A stretch of 64,000 bases of DNA, taken from Bacillota bacterium (GTDB taxonomy: Bacteria > Bacillota > DTU025). The stretch covers positions 832,001-896,000 of the forward strand of contig JBMNJT010000002.1 in assembly GCA_050951805.1 (NCBI GenBank). The letters are read 5' to 3'. The translations under genes and the position numbers were made by a program. How positions within the stretch are numbered: the stretch's first letter is position 1; each line of letters starts with the position of its first letter. This document shows, piece by piece, positions 29,292-40,193 of this stretch. The notes under the pieces are model-generated. The model did no database searches and had not been told where the DNA came from. It saw only the letters and a program-made list of their open reading frames with translations.

Positions 29292-30488
29292 ATGCGTATA
29301 CTGATGTTTAGCTGGGAGTATCCGCCTCGTGTTATTGGGGGACTGGCCCGCCATGTATGTGAGCTTGCTCGCGCTATGGCGCGTTGCGCCGAGGTTCACG
29401 TAATCACGTGCAGTGCGGAAGGGGCGCAATCCATGGACCGCGATCGCGGAGTGTGGGTACACAGAGTTGATCCCGTAGGTCCCTGCACAGATGATTTTGT
29501 AACATGGGCAATGCAATTGTCCTATGGAATGCTTGCCCGGGCTGCGTGCCTTGTTTCCGAGGGCGGCGCGTTCGATATAGTGCACGCACACGACTGGATG
29601 ACGTCGTTTGCCGGTGTCGGCATGAAAAGAGCCTATGCCACGCCTCTCGTAGCCACGATTCATGCTACCGAGTGGGGAAGGAATGGCGGCCTTCATAACG
29701 CCACTCAACGACGGATATCCGACATAGAATGGTTCCTCTGTTATGAAGCGTGGCGAGTCATTGCATGTTCACGCCATATGCAGGCTGAACTTGCGGGCAT
29801 ATTCGGCATTCCCGCCGATAAACTGCGAATCATTCCTAACGGTGTTTATTCCGAGCAGTTTCAGGATGCTGATGCCGATATTGCGCGGCGGATGTATGGG
29901 CTTTCGGAAGAAGACAGCGTGATTCTCTTTGTCGGGCGGCTTGTGAATGAGAAGGGCGTTCAGGTATTGATCGAGGCCATGCCGAAGATCCTGAGCTACC
30001 AGCCTACTGCTGTGTTGGTCATTGCAGGTCAGGGTCCATGTGAGGGCGATCTTCGCGAGCTTGCGGCCAACATGGGGTTGGGCGGCAAGGTTAAAATGGT
30101 GGGTTTTGTCTCAGATGAGGCAAGGAATGCGTTGTACAGGCTTGCCAGGGTTGCTGTCGTGCCGAGCTTGTATGAGCCGTTCGGGATAACTGCTTTGGAG
30201 GCAATGGCAGCAAAAACACCTCTTGTCTCGTCTGATATCGGTGGCCTTTCTGAAATAGTCAGGCACGGCGAAAACGGATGGAAATGTTACGCCGGCAATG
30301 CGAACTCGCTTGCCGATGCGATTTTGCACGTGCTTTACAGTCCCGAGCTTGCCAGGCAAATGGCAGAGACGGCTTATAGAGACGTGCAGACTATCTATGA
30401 CTGGCGCGCCATAGCTGATCGTACCCTCAGGGTGTATGAAGAAGTGCTCAGAGAGGCCAGACATGCGGAGGAGGCCATGGTCAGGTGA
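29292..30488 (+). CDS. GT4 glycosyltransferase
   Basis: MRILMFSWEYPP..GG, HAHDW, GRLVNEKG, YEPFGITALEAM; true start follows GAGGGG RBS. Confidence 0.9.
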   Translation: MRILMFSWEYPPRVIGGLARHVCELARAMARCAEVHVITCSAEGAQSMDRDRGVWVHRVDPVGPCTDDFVTWAMQLSYGMLARAACLVSEGGAFDIVHAHDWMTSFAGVGMKRAYATPLVATIHATEWGRNGGLHNATQRRISDIEWFLCYEAWRVIACSRHMQAELAGIFGIPADKLRIIPNGVYSEQFQDADADIARRMYGLSEEDSVILFVGRLVNEKGVQVLIEAMPKILSYQPTAVLVIAGQGPCEGDLRELAANMGLGGKVKMVGFVSDEARNALYRLARVAVVPSLYEPFGITALEAMAAKTPLVSSDIGGLSEIVRHGENGWKCYAGNANSLADAILHVLYSPELARQMAETAYRDVQTIYDWRAIADRTLRVYEEVLREARHAEEAMVR

Positions 30489-32941
30489 AAGCTGTGATAA
30501 TGGCAGGAGGAAAAGGAACTAGGTTGAGGCCTTTGACGTGCAGCATGCCCAAGCCGATGGTTCCGGTTGTAAATAGGCCCATGATGGAGCACGTCGTGGA
30601 TCTACTTGTCGCCCATGATTTCCGAGATCTGGCATGTACCCTCTGTTACATGCCAGAGGCAATACAGGAACATTTTGGGGATGGGTCGTCTGTGGGGTGC
30701 ACAATGACCTATTCAGTAGAGAATACCCCTCTAGGCACTGCTGGAAGCGTGAGAGCTCTTGGGGATTTTCTCGACGATACTTTTTTGGTCATAAGTGGCG
30801 ATGCTCTCACTGACATCGATCTCACTTCCGCGGTTACCTTTCACCGAGAGAGGGGGGCGGCAGTTACCATCGTTTTGACACGGGTTGCAACTCCATTGGA
30901 GTATGGAGTCGTAATAGTGGACGGCGATGCGCGAATCACCAGGTTTCTTGAGAAACCGAGCTGGGGCGAGGTGTTCAGCGACACTGTAAACACCGGCATT
31001 TATGTTCTGGAACCTGAAATTATGCAGAGGGTGGACCCATCCTGCGAGTTTGATTTCAGCAAGAATCTTTTTCCGCTTCTACTTGCTGAAGGATATCCGA
31101 TGTATGGCTACATAGCTGATGGATACTGGTGCGATGTGGGCAACTTGGATCAGTATCGGAAGACGTCCCAGGATATCTTGGAAGGAAAGGTCCGAGTGAA
31201 GATCCCCGGAGACCTCGTCGATGAGGGAATCTGGGTTAGCGAGGGCGCTGAGATAGGGAACATCGCTGCCTTGCGTCCGCCTGTAGTGATAGGAGCGGGA
31301 GCAAAGATCGAAGCTGGCGCGGCAGTCGGGGAATACTCGGTTGTTGGGCCGTCTTGTATCATAACAGAAGGGGCATCTGTCCGAAGATCGATACTGTGGA
31401 CAGGTTGTTTCATCGGACAAAATGCGGAGGTGCATGGCGCAATCCTTGGAAGTAGGGTGAGCGCCAAAGCAGGTGTACTAATACAGGAAGGAGCGGTTAT
31501 AGGTTCCGGCTGCTCCATGGGTGAACGAGCACAAGTGCGCCCCGGCGTGAAGATATGGCCTGACAAGACATTAGATGGCGGCGCACAGATCAGCGCTAGC
31601 CTAGTGTGGGGAGCCTCCTGGTCGAAGCGCCTGTTTGGGCGTCTTGGTGTGACCGGACTTGCTAACATCGAGATCACTCCGGACTTTGCGGCCCGGCTAG
31701 GCGCTGCCTATGGCTCGTGTTTATCCAGCGGGGTAGTGGCGGTGTCCTGCGATGCTCATCCCGCGTCCGACATGATAAAGCGGGCATTGGCGTCAGGGAT
31801 CCTTTCCTCAGGCATCTCAGTGGCCGACTTAGGCTCAGGCTCAACCGCTGTTACCAGATATGCGGTTCCTGCTATTGGGGCTAGTGGGGGAGTGCATGTG
31901 CGCGTGTCTCCAACTGGCGGGAACGCGAGTCTCATAGAATTCCTGGATGCTAGCGGGATCAATATAGACAAGGCAACTGAAAGGAAAGTAGAAAATGCCT
32001 TTCTGGCAGAGGACTTTAAACGCGCGAATTCTGACAAGGTGGGCAGCACTATCACCACCGAGGGGATGGTAGGTAGATATCTCGGTGCGATCAGCTCGTC
32101 GATAGATGCTGACACGGTTCGGAGGCGAGGCCTGAAGGTGGTAGGGGGCTATGACTCGGAGTACGTGGGAGCACTTATCGACGCCTTCTGCAATGCTTGC
32201 GGATGTGATCTGCACCATATAGAGATCTCCAATACCGCCTGGGCACCGTCAGAGGTGGCGGATGCAGTGGCCGTGACAGAGGCGGACCTCGGTTTTCTGC
32301 TTGACCGAAATGCAGAAAGGCTTGCGCTTGTCGACGAAACGGGTTCGAATATCTCAAACGAAGAGATGCTGGCGCTCATATGTGTGGCCCTCCTTACATC
32401 GGGTCGTGAGACTACCATGGCTGTGCCGGTTACAGCGTCCTCAGCGATAGAGCGGCTGGCTGCTGCGTTCAGAGGATATGTAGTCCGAACCCAAGCGAAC
32501 CCCAGAGCCATGATGGAAAAAGCCATCGAGGCGCGAGTAAGAATGGGAGAGGCCAGTTTGCCTCACTTTCAGCCTGTAATGGATGGGGTTTTTGCTCTTG
32601 CGGTGATCCTTGAGTATCTTGCGAGGGAGAAGACTACTCTTTCGGCGTTTGCGCAAATTGCGCCGAGATCATATATGACCAAACAAGTTGTGGATTGTCC
32701 CTGGGAGGACAAAGGCAGGGTGATGAGGAGGTTGATAGAGGAGACTGATGGTGAGGAGGTTCAGCTGATCGACGGAATAAAGGTCTACAGTGACCATGGC
32801 TGGACTTTGATTCTTCCAGACTCCGAAGAGCCTTTGTTCCACGTGTACAGTGAGGCGCATAGCCAGGAGATTGCGGAGGAAATAGCCGGGATCTATGTCA
32901 GTAGGATTGCTGAAACCATATCAGATGCGGGTGCGGTCTAA
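30485..32941 (+). CDS. Mannose-1-phosphate guanylyltransferase-like NDP-sugar pyrophosphorylase fused to degenerate phosphohexomutase domain
   Basis: MAGGKGTRLRPLT..PKP, hexapeptide repeats, then LFG..GVTG mutase fold lacking TASHNP (HVRVSP). Confidence 0.88.
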   Translation: MKAVIMAGGKGTRLRPLTCSMPKPMVPVVNRPMMEHVVDLLVAHDFRDLACTLCYMPEAIQEHFGDGSSVGCTMTYSVENTPLGTAGSVRALGDFLDDTFLVISGDALTDIDLTSAVTFHRERGAAVTIVLTRVATPLEYGVVIVDGDARITRFLEKPSWGEVFSDTVNTGIYVLEPEIMQRVDPSCEFDFSKNLFPLLLAEGYPMYGYIADGYWCDVGNLDQYRKTSQDILEGKVRVKIPGDLVDEGIWVSEGAEIGNIAALRPPVVIGAGAKIEAGAAVGEYSVVGPSCIITEGASVRRSILWTGCFIGQNAEVHGAILGSRVSAKAGVLIQEGAVIGSGCSMGERAQVRPGVKIWPDKTLDGGAQISASLVWGASWSKRLFGRLGVTGLANIEITPDFAARLGAAYGSCLSSGVVAVSCDAHPASDMIKRALASGILSSGISVADLGSGSTAVTRYAVPAIGASGGVHVRVSPTGGNASLIEFLDASGINIDKATERKVENAFLAEDFKRANSDKVGSTITTEGMVGRYLGAISSSIDADTVRRRGLKVVGGYDSEYVGALIDAFCNACGCDLHHIEISNTAWAPSEVADAVAVTEADLGFLLDRNAERLALVDETGSNISNEEMLALICVALLTSGRETTMAVPVTASSAIERLAAAFRGYVVRTQANPRAMMEKAIEARVRMGEASLPHFQPVMDGVFALAVILEYLAREKTTLSAFAQIAPRSYMTKQVVDCPWEDKGRVMRRLIEETDGEEVQLIDGIKVYSDHGWTLILPDSEEPLFHVYSEAHSQEIAEEIAGIYVSRIAETISDAGAV

Positions 32942-33114
32942 AGAGCGCGCAACGCGCAATTATGCGTAGCAGCCTGATTAACCCGACATTGATATTGAAG
33001 CAGGCCCACAAGCTTGAGGGCGATGGGGCTTGAAAAGTTCAAATGTGAGTGTTGCTTCATGAAAGTATGGCGCGCGGCGAGCGCCCGCGGCTTCCCTCTG
33101 TCGAGCACCTGGGC

Positions 33115-34722
33115 TTACATAGTTGCTCTGCCTGCGTACACCATGTAGTCTATGTTGGGAAACAGGTTACTCTGTTCTTCCAGCTCAGAAAGCCATTCCG
33201 GATCTATGTTCGATGATTTTATGTCATCATACAGCCCCAGAAAGTGTGCGGTATGCGTTTCAAACCGCTTTTTTGCATAATCGATGCAGGTTCCGGCTTT
33301 CATGATGAAAGCCCAGTCGGAGCTCTGAGCCAACAGCAGTTCGCGTGCGGCTTGAGCTAGGGCGCGCCGCGTCAACTCCGGTTGGGGATGTGGGTATGAG
33401 CGGGCCAGTTCCGTCATTCTCCCTGCCATTGTGTGTAGGTGCGGGTATATCCAGTTGTTGCAATCTGCCAGCCATACCTCGCTGTACCCCATGTATCCCC
33501 AAGACGACATGGATGGAGTAGCGACCTGGTTTTTCGGATAGAGCTCCAGGTAGTCGGATGGGGTTAACAGGGCTATGGTGTTTTGGTCGTATGCGATTTT
33601 GCGGATCACGTAATCGAGGAACTCAGGACCTTCGAACCACCAATGACCAAAAAGCTCTGCATCGTAAGGAGCCACTACTATGGGCTTGCGGTCCATCACT
33701 GATGCTAAGTATTCTACTTGACGCTCTCTGTTGAAGACGAAATTGCCCGCGTGTGTAGCGGCTTTTTCAATTGCCCATTGACGCACATATGGCTCTTTTC
33801 GATCTGTATTTCCTGTTACCCGGTAGTACTTCAACCCAGTTTGGAGACGAATAGGGCAGTTCCCCATGAGGGGTTTGATCGATTCCCAATCAAGCTCATA
33901 TCCGATATCTCGATAGAACTCCCGGTAGTCGTAATCCCCGGGGTAACCTTCCTGTGCGCTCCAAACCTGTTTGGATGATTCCATGTCGCGACCGAATGCT
34001 GCCACTTTTGAATGGCAGTACACGGGGGCATACACTCCATATCTGGGCCTAGGCGAAGCATTGAGTATGCCGTGGGAGTCGATGAAGAAATACCTCACTC
34101 CGGCTTCTCTGAGGTATTCATCTATCCCTGGTGAGTAACCGCACTCCGGGAGCCAGAAACCTTTGGGAGCGATTCCAAATACTTGCCTGTAGTAGTCGAT
34201 TCCCGCAAGAATCTGCGCGCGGGCAGCTTCGGGACAAACTTCCATCAGCGGGAGATATCCATGTGTGGCTGCAGTAGTGATGAGTTCGACATGACCTGAA
34301 TCTGAAAGATCTTGGAGTCCTTTCGCCATGTCGCCGCCCAGTCGATTCCAATAAACGTCTCGCGCTTCGCGAAAACGGTCTCGGTACATTTGTGCAGTAT
34401 CATGGAATGCAGGCAACCAACGCGTGCGCGCAACCTCTCGTTCTGCCAGCTCTACAAGGTTATTCATGTAGTCGGAGAATCTCTGCTGGAGCAGCGGATC
34501 GCGGAACATCGAAAGCAATGTGGGCGAAACCGATATTGTTATTCGGTAAGGAACCTCTTCATCGGCCAGTCGCGAGAGGACTATGTAAAGAGGGATATAG
34601 GTTTCAATTAATGCTTCGTAGAACCATTTTTCTTCCAGGTAATGTTCGCCGTCGGCGTGTCGCACGAAGGGAAGATGCGCATGCAAGACAAGAGCAAGGT
34701 AGCCATTTGGAGTTGACAACAA
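33115..34722 (-). CDS. GH57 1,4-alpha-glucan branching enzyme (DUF1957)
   Basis: HAHLP, WLPECG (nucleophile), APYDAELFGHWW (acid/base), QSSDW. Confidence 0.92.
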   Translation of the reverse strand: MLSTPNGYLALVLHAHLPFVRHADGEHYLEEKWFYEALIETYIPLYIVLSRLADEEVPYRITISVSPTLLSMFRDPLLQQRFSDYMNNLVELAEREVARTRWLPAFHDTAQMYRDRFREARDVYWNRLGGDMAKGLQDLSDSGHVELITTAATHGYLPLMEVCPEAARAQILAGIDYYRQVFGIAPKGFWLPECGYSPGIDEYLREAGVRYFFIDSHGILNASPRPRYGVYAPVYCHSKVAAFGRDMESSKQVWSAQEGYPGDYDYREFYRDIGYELDWESIKPLMGNCPIRLQTGLKYYRVTGNTDRKEPYVRQWAIEKAATHAGNFVFNRERQVEYLASVMDRKPIVVAPYDAELFGHWWFEGPEFLDYVIRKIAYDQNTIALLTPSDYLELYPKNQVATPSMSSWGYMGYSEVWLADCNNWIYPHLHTMAGRMTELARSYPHPQPELTRRALAQAARELLLAQSSDWAFIMKAGTCIDYAKKRFETHTAHFLGLYDDIKSSNIDPEWLSELEEQSNLFPNIDYMVYAGRATM

Positions 34723-35745
34723 CTACGACCTCCCATTTCCCCGGTTCGATCTGGAGACAATCCACGAAACGCTTCTATGCATGATGCCGTCATCGGATGT
34801 GGCGGAAATGTCAACCGGGTGGTCTCCAAATGGCAGAGACAGGCGGACTGAGAAACTGCCATCAGGTCTGACAGGCATCGGCATGCCGCATACTTCCACT
34901 TTAGCCCCTGCTTCCGTTGCTCCGTGAATGATCAGTTCGGCATCGGCTCTCAACCAGAAGCCGCGTGGGGCTCGGTGTACTTCGCCAGGTTGGCCCATAG
35001 GGCTTCCGACTGCTCCCACTCCTCCCGATCCGAGGGCAATTTCGTGAAGCAGTTCTTCGGCGCGGGCATGCCTGGAAATACCCGGCGATGAAGGCGATAG
35101 GCCATGCGATATGTAACCTTCCTCAATCTCGCGAATGGTTAGCCACTCTTCGTCGACAATCCAGGATGGACCTATCCTTGGTGTGTGGACGGTATTCGAC
35201 CGCGAGATCAGGTAGAATTGTGAGGCGCCCGTAACCAGCCCCAGGTCAACACAGTAGGACCTGTCTGATTCCTCCACGTTTATGTACCAATTGTTCGCGA
35301 AAGGATGGACCTCTTTGTCGAAACTGCGGACGGAATTATGGCCATCGAATGTGACGCCTGTTACATCGTGGACGCGGAGCGTCAACTGTGAGCGGTCCAA
35401 CTCTTCTCCCAACTGGCGGCGTAGGTTTTTGGCCATGTCTTCGGCGATTTCCCAATATGCGTGCATCCAGAAGGGATCGCGAACTTGAAGCACTATTCTG
35501 GTAGCCCCGTAGAAACCCGGCAAGACCGTGGGTTTGTGGCGCCGAGCGGGGTTCATCTGTAAGTTTTCGGTCTCAAGGATCGTGATCTCCGGGAAGCGTC
35601 TGTGTGGAAGCGGCTGATCGCTCACTTCGGGCGGACTCAGTTCGATTCTGGCATCTTCCGCCATCTGCTGCTCGTGCTGGGACACGCTGGGCGTCCCTGC
35701 GCCTTTTTTGTCTATCGGACTAACTTTATCGAACGAGTCCTGCAC
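34723..35745 (-). CDS. DUF4912 domain protein
   Basis: LP..YGATRIVLQVRDP.WMHAYWE, SRSNTVHTP, FWLRADAELIIHGATE. Confidence 0.88.
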   Translation of the reverse strand: MQDSFDKVSPIDKKGAGTPSVSQHEQQMAEDARIELSPPEVSDQPLPHRRFPEITILETENLQMNPARRHKPTVLPGFYGATRIVLQVRDPFWMHAYWEIAEDMAKNLRRQLGEELDRSQLTLRVHDVTGVTFDGHNSVRSFDKEVHPFANNWYINVEESDRSYCVDLGLVTGASQFYLISRSNTVHTPRIGPSWIVDEEWLTIREIEEGYISHGLSPSSPGISRHARAEELLHEIALGSGGVGAVGSPMGQPGEVHRAPRGFWLRADAELIIHGATEAGAKVEVCGMPMPVRPDGSFSVRLSLPFGDHPVDISATSDDGIMHRSVSWIVSRSNRGNGRS

Positions 35746-35911
35746 TTGTGGAACCTCCCTTTAAGCGCCAAAACACATAAGGCTCAACGGCTGGTGTTGG
35801 CCGTCTGTCAATCTCTCGCTTAGTCTGCCCGCGAGAAATGCGGGTTATCCCATACCGGATACTCTTCTCGCTTTGGGCAACAATAGTTTATGCTTCAAGG
35901 AGGTATTTACT

Positions 35912-37510
35912 ATGGACCACATTGGAACGTTTTCTCTGGTGCTTCATTCTCACATCCCATATTGCCGCAGATCCGGAGTGTGGCCATTTGGAGAGGAGTG
36001 GGTTTTTGAAGCAGTGGTGGAGACTTATATCCCTATACTGGATTGGCTCCTGAATTGCCATGAAAAAGGGGTCGGACCCAATGTTACGCTCAGTTTTTCC
36101 CCGGTATTGGCAGAGCAACTTGCGGATGCATACATGAAGTCCCGCATCGTAGAATACATGGACGCTCGCGCCAATGCGGCCCGCGCTGATCTCATGCGAC
36201 ACGAGTTAGTCCACGACGACAGGCTTGCAAGGCTGTCAAGGAAGTACGTCGAATACTATGAAAACGCTAAGAAACGATTCATAGATTACTACGACGGCGA
36301 CTTGTTGGGCGCCATCGCCAAGCTTGCCGCCTCGGGTAGAGTTGAGGTCTTGGCTACATCGGCCAGCCACGCCTATCTGCCATTGCTGCCTCAAGAATCA
36401 CGTATTCGCACTCAGATTCGCGTCGGTTACGAGGCATGCCAACGGCACTTTGGCGTTTTGCCCAAGGGCGCATGGCTTCCCGAATGCGGATACAAGCCTG
36501 GCGCAATCGAGCGCGCGCTGGAGGAATGTGGAATCGAGTATTTCATAGTCGATACTCCAGCAATAGCTGGCGGTGGCCCGCGAAACCTGTATGGTGGCGT
36601 TCCTGAGGCTTTGCGGCGCAACATTGGGGCTGGCTTGCCGAGTATGGCAACGCTCATGCCGTATCGCCTGCGTGGCTCCAAGATGGCTGTTTTCGGGCGC
36701 GATGAGGTGACAGCTGCTCAGGTATGGTCGAGGGATGTGGGGTATCCGGGTGACGGCAATTACCTCGAATTCCACAAGCGGGACGACTCATCCGGACTTC
36801 GTTACTGGAGGGTTACAAACAAACTCCTGGATTTCGGGCAGAAGCAGCTTTACGACCCTGAGGCTGCTCTAGCAAGCGCAAGAACCCATGCACAGCACTT
36901 CGCTGGTGTAGTAGAGGAAAGGCTTGGTGGTTACGCAGAGAGGACAGGCAGGCATGGGATTATTGTTGCCCCCTACGACATGGAACTTTTCGGGCATTGG
37001 TGGCATGAAGGCGTTGATTGGCTTTCATTGGCAATGGACGCGCTCTGTGCATCGAATCGCGTCGAGTGTGGCACCCTGGGATCTTACTTGAAGCTGCACC
37101 CGCCCGTGGATGAACTGGAGCTCCCTGAGTGTTCGTGGGGGCATGGCGGAAGACATGGTGTATGGTTCAACTCTGAAACGGAATGGATGTGGCAGGAGAT
37201 TGAGAGAGCCACTGCTATCGGCCACGAGCTTGAAGGGGTAATTGGGGGCCTCGACGGGGTCCATAAAATCATGGCCGATCAGGCGCTTCGAGAGCTGATG
37301 TTGTTGGAAGCGAGCGATTGGCCCTTCCTCGTAACAACGGGTCAAGCTGGAGGATATGCTCGTGATAGGTTCGCGCAGCATCTGTCCGATTTTGAGGTTC
37401 TGGCGCAGGCAGCGATGGCTAGGGAAACCGATCTGCGATCGCTGGAGGTTTTGGAAGCATCGTCTTCCCGCGATTCGGTCTTTACATGGATCGACTGGGG
37501 AAGCCTGTGA
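35912..37510 (+). CDS. Second GH57 branching enzyme (DUF1957)
   Basis: HSHIPY, WLPECG, APYDMELFGHWW, ASDWPF; AGGAGG RBS. Confidence 0.9.
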   Translation: MDHIGTFSLVLHSHIPYCRRSGVWPFGEEWVFEAVVETYIPILDWLLNCHEKGVGPNVTLSFSPVLAEQLADAYMKSRIVEYMDARANAARADLMRHELVHDDRLARLSRKYVEYYENAKKRFIDYYDGDLLGAIAKLAASGRVEVLATSASHAYLPLLPQESRIRTQIRVGYEACQRHFGVLPKGAWLPECGYKPGAIERALEECGIEYFIVDTPAIAGGGPRNLYGGVPEALRRNIGAGLPSMATLMPYRLRGSKMAVFGRDEVTAAQVWSRDVGYPGDGNYLEFHKRDDSSGLRYWRVTNKLLDFGQKQLYDPEAALASARTHAQHFAGVVEERLGGYAERTGRHGIIVAPYDMELFGHWWHEGVDWLSLAMDALCASNRVECGTLGSYLKLHPPVDELELPECSWGHGGRHGVWFNSETEWMWQEIERATAIGHELEGVIGGLDGVHKIMADQALRELMLLEASDWPFLVTTGQAGGYARDRFAQHLSDFEVLAQAAMARETDLRSLEVLEASSSRDSVFTWIDWGSL

Positions 37511-37757
37511 TATACTCGGAAGTACAAACTGAGTATGCGACGGGGTTTTTATGCCCGGGCTGATCTCTCCGTCTGGCCCTGTCTTCTGCAGATCTGGATC
37601 ACTGTTAGAGATCAGCTTGTTTCGAACTTTCAATCACATTGGAGTTGTCGCTGAAATTAACGAGTGTGACGGAGACGTGATTGTTTCCTTACGAGGTTTG
37701 AGTATCCGAGATTTGCAGTGTGACAACAGCAATCGATGATCATCAGGGGATGAGAGC

Positions 37758-38669
37758 ATGGCAGAAACTACAATCAGTGGGCAAGAGCTTTCTTGTATCG
37801 TAATAACTGGGCTTTCGGGAGCCGGTAAATCAGAAGCGGCTAGGGCTTTTGAAGATCTTGGCTATTTCTGCATCGATAACCTTCCGGTCATGCTTATTCC
37901 CAAACTTGCGGAGTTGCTTTCCGAAACATCGGGTCGCATTGATAAAGTGGCGCTTGTTATAGATGTGCGCGGACAGGACGTCTTCGGCCAGCTTTCTTCA
38001 GTTTTCCGTACTATGGATGATTCGGGGTTCAACTACAAAGTGCTGTTCCTGGAAGCTTCCGATGAAACCCTCGTCAATCGTTTCAAGGCTAGTAGAAGGC
38101 CGCATCCATTGGCGCCAGAAGGCGGAATCCTGGACGGGCTCAAGCTGGAAAGACAGTTGCTAGCTCGGCTGCGCGCTGGGGCTGCACTGGTGATCGACAC
38201 GTCGGATTTGACGGCTAGGCAACTGAGGGCGGAGATCGTACGGAGATTCGGAGATAATTCCGGTGCGCCGACTATACAGCTGACTGTAGTCTCATTTGGG
38301 TTTAAATATGGTGTGCCCGCCGATGCCGATCTTGTGTTTGATGTCAGATTTCTTCCCAACCCGTTCTACGTGGATTCGCTCAGGAACCTGACGGGAAACG
38401 ATGAAGAAGTGAATGAATACGTAATGCGATGGCCGGTGACGAAGAGATTCCTCGATAAACTAGTTGATTTATTTAGATTCTTGTTGCCCGAGTACGAAAG
38501 GGAGGGCAAGTTCAATCTCGTCGTTGGGATTGGATGCACGGGAGGACGGCATCGATCTGTTGTTATCGCGAATCAGTTGTCGCGGCCTCTGCGCGAACTC
38601 GGATACCGCACGCATACAATGCATAGGGATATCGATATCGGCAGCGGGGATCAACCCGCATCGAAGTAG
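37758..38669 (+). CDS. rapZ: RNase adapter RapZ/YvcJ
   Basis: [37 protein letters not shown]. Confidence 0.95.
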   Translation: MAETTISGQELSCIVITGLSGAGKSEAARAFEDLGYFCIDNLPVMLIPKLAELLSETSGRIDKVALVIDVRGQDVFGQLSSVFRTMDDSGFNYKVLFLEASDETLVNRFKASRRPHPLAPEGGILDGLKLERQLLARLRAGAALVIDTSDLTARQLRAEIVRRFGDNSGAPTIQLTVVSFGFKYGVPADADLVFDVRFLPNPFYVDSLRNLTGNDEEVNEYVMRWPVTKRFLDKLVDLFRFLLPEYEREGKFNLVVGIGCTGGRHRSVVIANQLSRPLRELGYRTHTMHRDIDIGSGDQPASK

Positions 38670-38680
38670 GGGGGACTCTA

Positions 38681-39676
38681 ATGCGTCACAGCCCTGTGCC
38701 TAAACCCTTGTCCCGCAGATTGCGCGTTGTGGCGTTGGGCGGTGGGACCGGGCTTTCTACTTTGCTGAGAGGTTTGAAGGAATATACGAATAAAATCACA
38801 GCGGTTGTTGCAGTCACAGATGACGGTGGAAGTTCTGGCAGGTTGCGTCAGGAAATGGGCATGCTTCCTCCAGGGGATATCCGAGACTGCCTGGTTGCGC
38901 TCGCAGATGCCGAACCGCTTATGAAAGAGCTTTTCGATTACAGGTTTAACGGTCAAGGGCCTCTGGCAGGGCACAATTTTGGTAATCTGTTCATCGCAGC
39001 TATGTCTGACATAACGGGCGACTTTGAACTTGCCATAAAAGAATCGAGCAAGGTACTGGTGGTGAGAGGCTGCGTGTTGCCGTGCACCCTCGATAATTGC
39101 GTTCTCGGAGCGAATCTTGAGGATGGAAATGTTGTGATGGGTGAGACGTCAATAAGCAGCAGTAGGCGGGCGATCCGAAGCGTTTTTCTGGAACCGGCTA
39201 CATGCTCTCCGCTTCCCGAAATCTTGGAGGCGATAGAGGCGGCAGACGTTATAGTGCTTGGGCCTGGAAGTCTGTATACGAGCGTGATGCCGAACCTTCT
39301 CGTTTCGGGCGTTGCTGATGCCATAGCTTCGTCTAATGCAGTCAAGGTCTATGTATGCAATGTTATGACCCAGCCCGGGGAGACCCAGGGGTATACAGCC
39401 CAGGATCACTTGGCCGCGATATACGCGCACGCCGGCGCTGATATAGTTGATTGGGTCATTGTGAACAACTCTCCCGTATCTGATCGGGTTCTTGAAAATT
39501 ACTGCCGAGAGGGTTCTATACCAGTTGCATGGGATTGCAAGGCCCTAGAGAGCATGGGCGTCAGTGTGGTGGAGGCTCCGGTGATCAACCAGACCAACGT
39601 TGTCAGACATGACCCGGAAGCGCTCTCTAAGGAGATAATGGCATTGGCGGTAAGGCACGTGTTCACCGGAAGATGA
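38681..39676 (+). CDS. yvcK: YvcK/GlmR gluconeogenesis factor
   Basis: [26 protein letters not shown]. Confidence 0.95.
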   Translation: MRHSPVPKPLSRRLRVVALGGGTGLSTLLRGLKEYTNKITAVVAVTDDGGSSGRLRQEMGMLPPGDIRDCLVALADAEPLMKELFDYRFNGQGPLAGHNFGNLFIAAMSDITGDFELAIKESSKVLVVRGCVLPCTLDNCVLGANLEDGNVVMGETSISSSRRAIRSVFLEPATCSPLPEILEAIEAADVIVLGPGSLYTSVMPNLLVSGVADAIASSNAVKVYVCNVMTQPGETQGYTAQDHLAAIYAHAGADIVDWVIVNNSPVSDRVLENYCREGSIPVAWDCKALESMGVSVVEAPVINQTNVVRHDPEALSKEIMALAVRHVFTGR

Positions 39677-40193
39677 TATTACAGGCGATGATAGCGGCCA
39701 CGAACCCGACCGCGTTGGCCAGGAGCGCTGCCACTGCTGAATGGCGCCACTTTGATACATTGACTGAGCTGAAATAGAGCGCAAGGATATAGAGAGAGGT
39801 ATCGGAGGCTCCTTGTATAACTGAGGCGAGTTTGCCATCGAAGGTATCGGGGCCCAGATCCTTCAGGATGTTGGCGAGGAGACTGAGCGCGCCAGATCCC
39901 GAGATTGGCCTGAGAATGGCCAGCATCACGAGGTCGGGGTTGATCCCAAGCTTCATGGTTGCGGGGCCAACAGCCTGCGCCAGTATGTCCAATGCTCCGG
40001 AGTCTCGTAGAAGCCCCACAACCAAGAACATCGCGATCATGGCGGGCGCGATCTTTGCTGCCACTTTCAGGCCGTCGGAAGCGCCTTCTATGAAGCAAGC
40101 GTAGACATCGATGCCTTTTGACGCTCCATATGCGGGGATTCCCAAAAGGAACAGGGGAATCAGGAGATAGGGTAGTGACGACAGTTGCATCAT
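39663..40193 (-). CDS. spmB: Spore maturation protein B
   Basis: [18 protein letters not shown], hydrophobic; ATGA overlap with spmA. Confidence 0.88.
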   Translation of the reverse strand: MMQLSSLPYLLIPLFLLGIPAYGASKGIDVYACFIEGASDGLKVAAKIAPAMIAMFLVVGLLRDSGALDILAQAVGPATMKLGINPDLVMLAILRPISGSGALSLLANILKDLGPDTFDGKLASVIQGASDTSLYILALYFSSVNVSKWRHSAVAALLANAVGFVAAIIACNIIFR

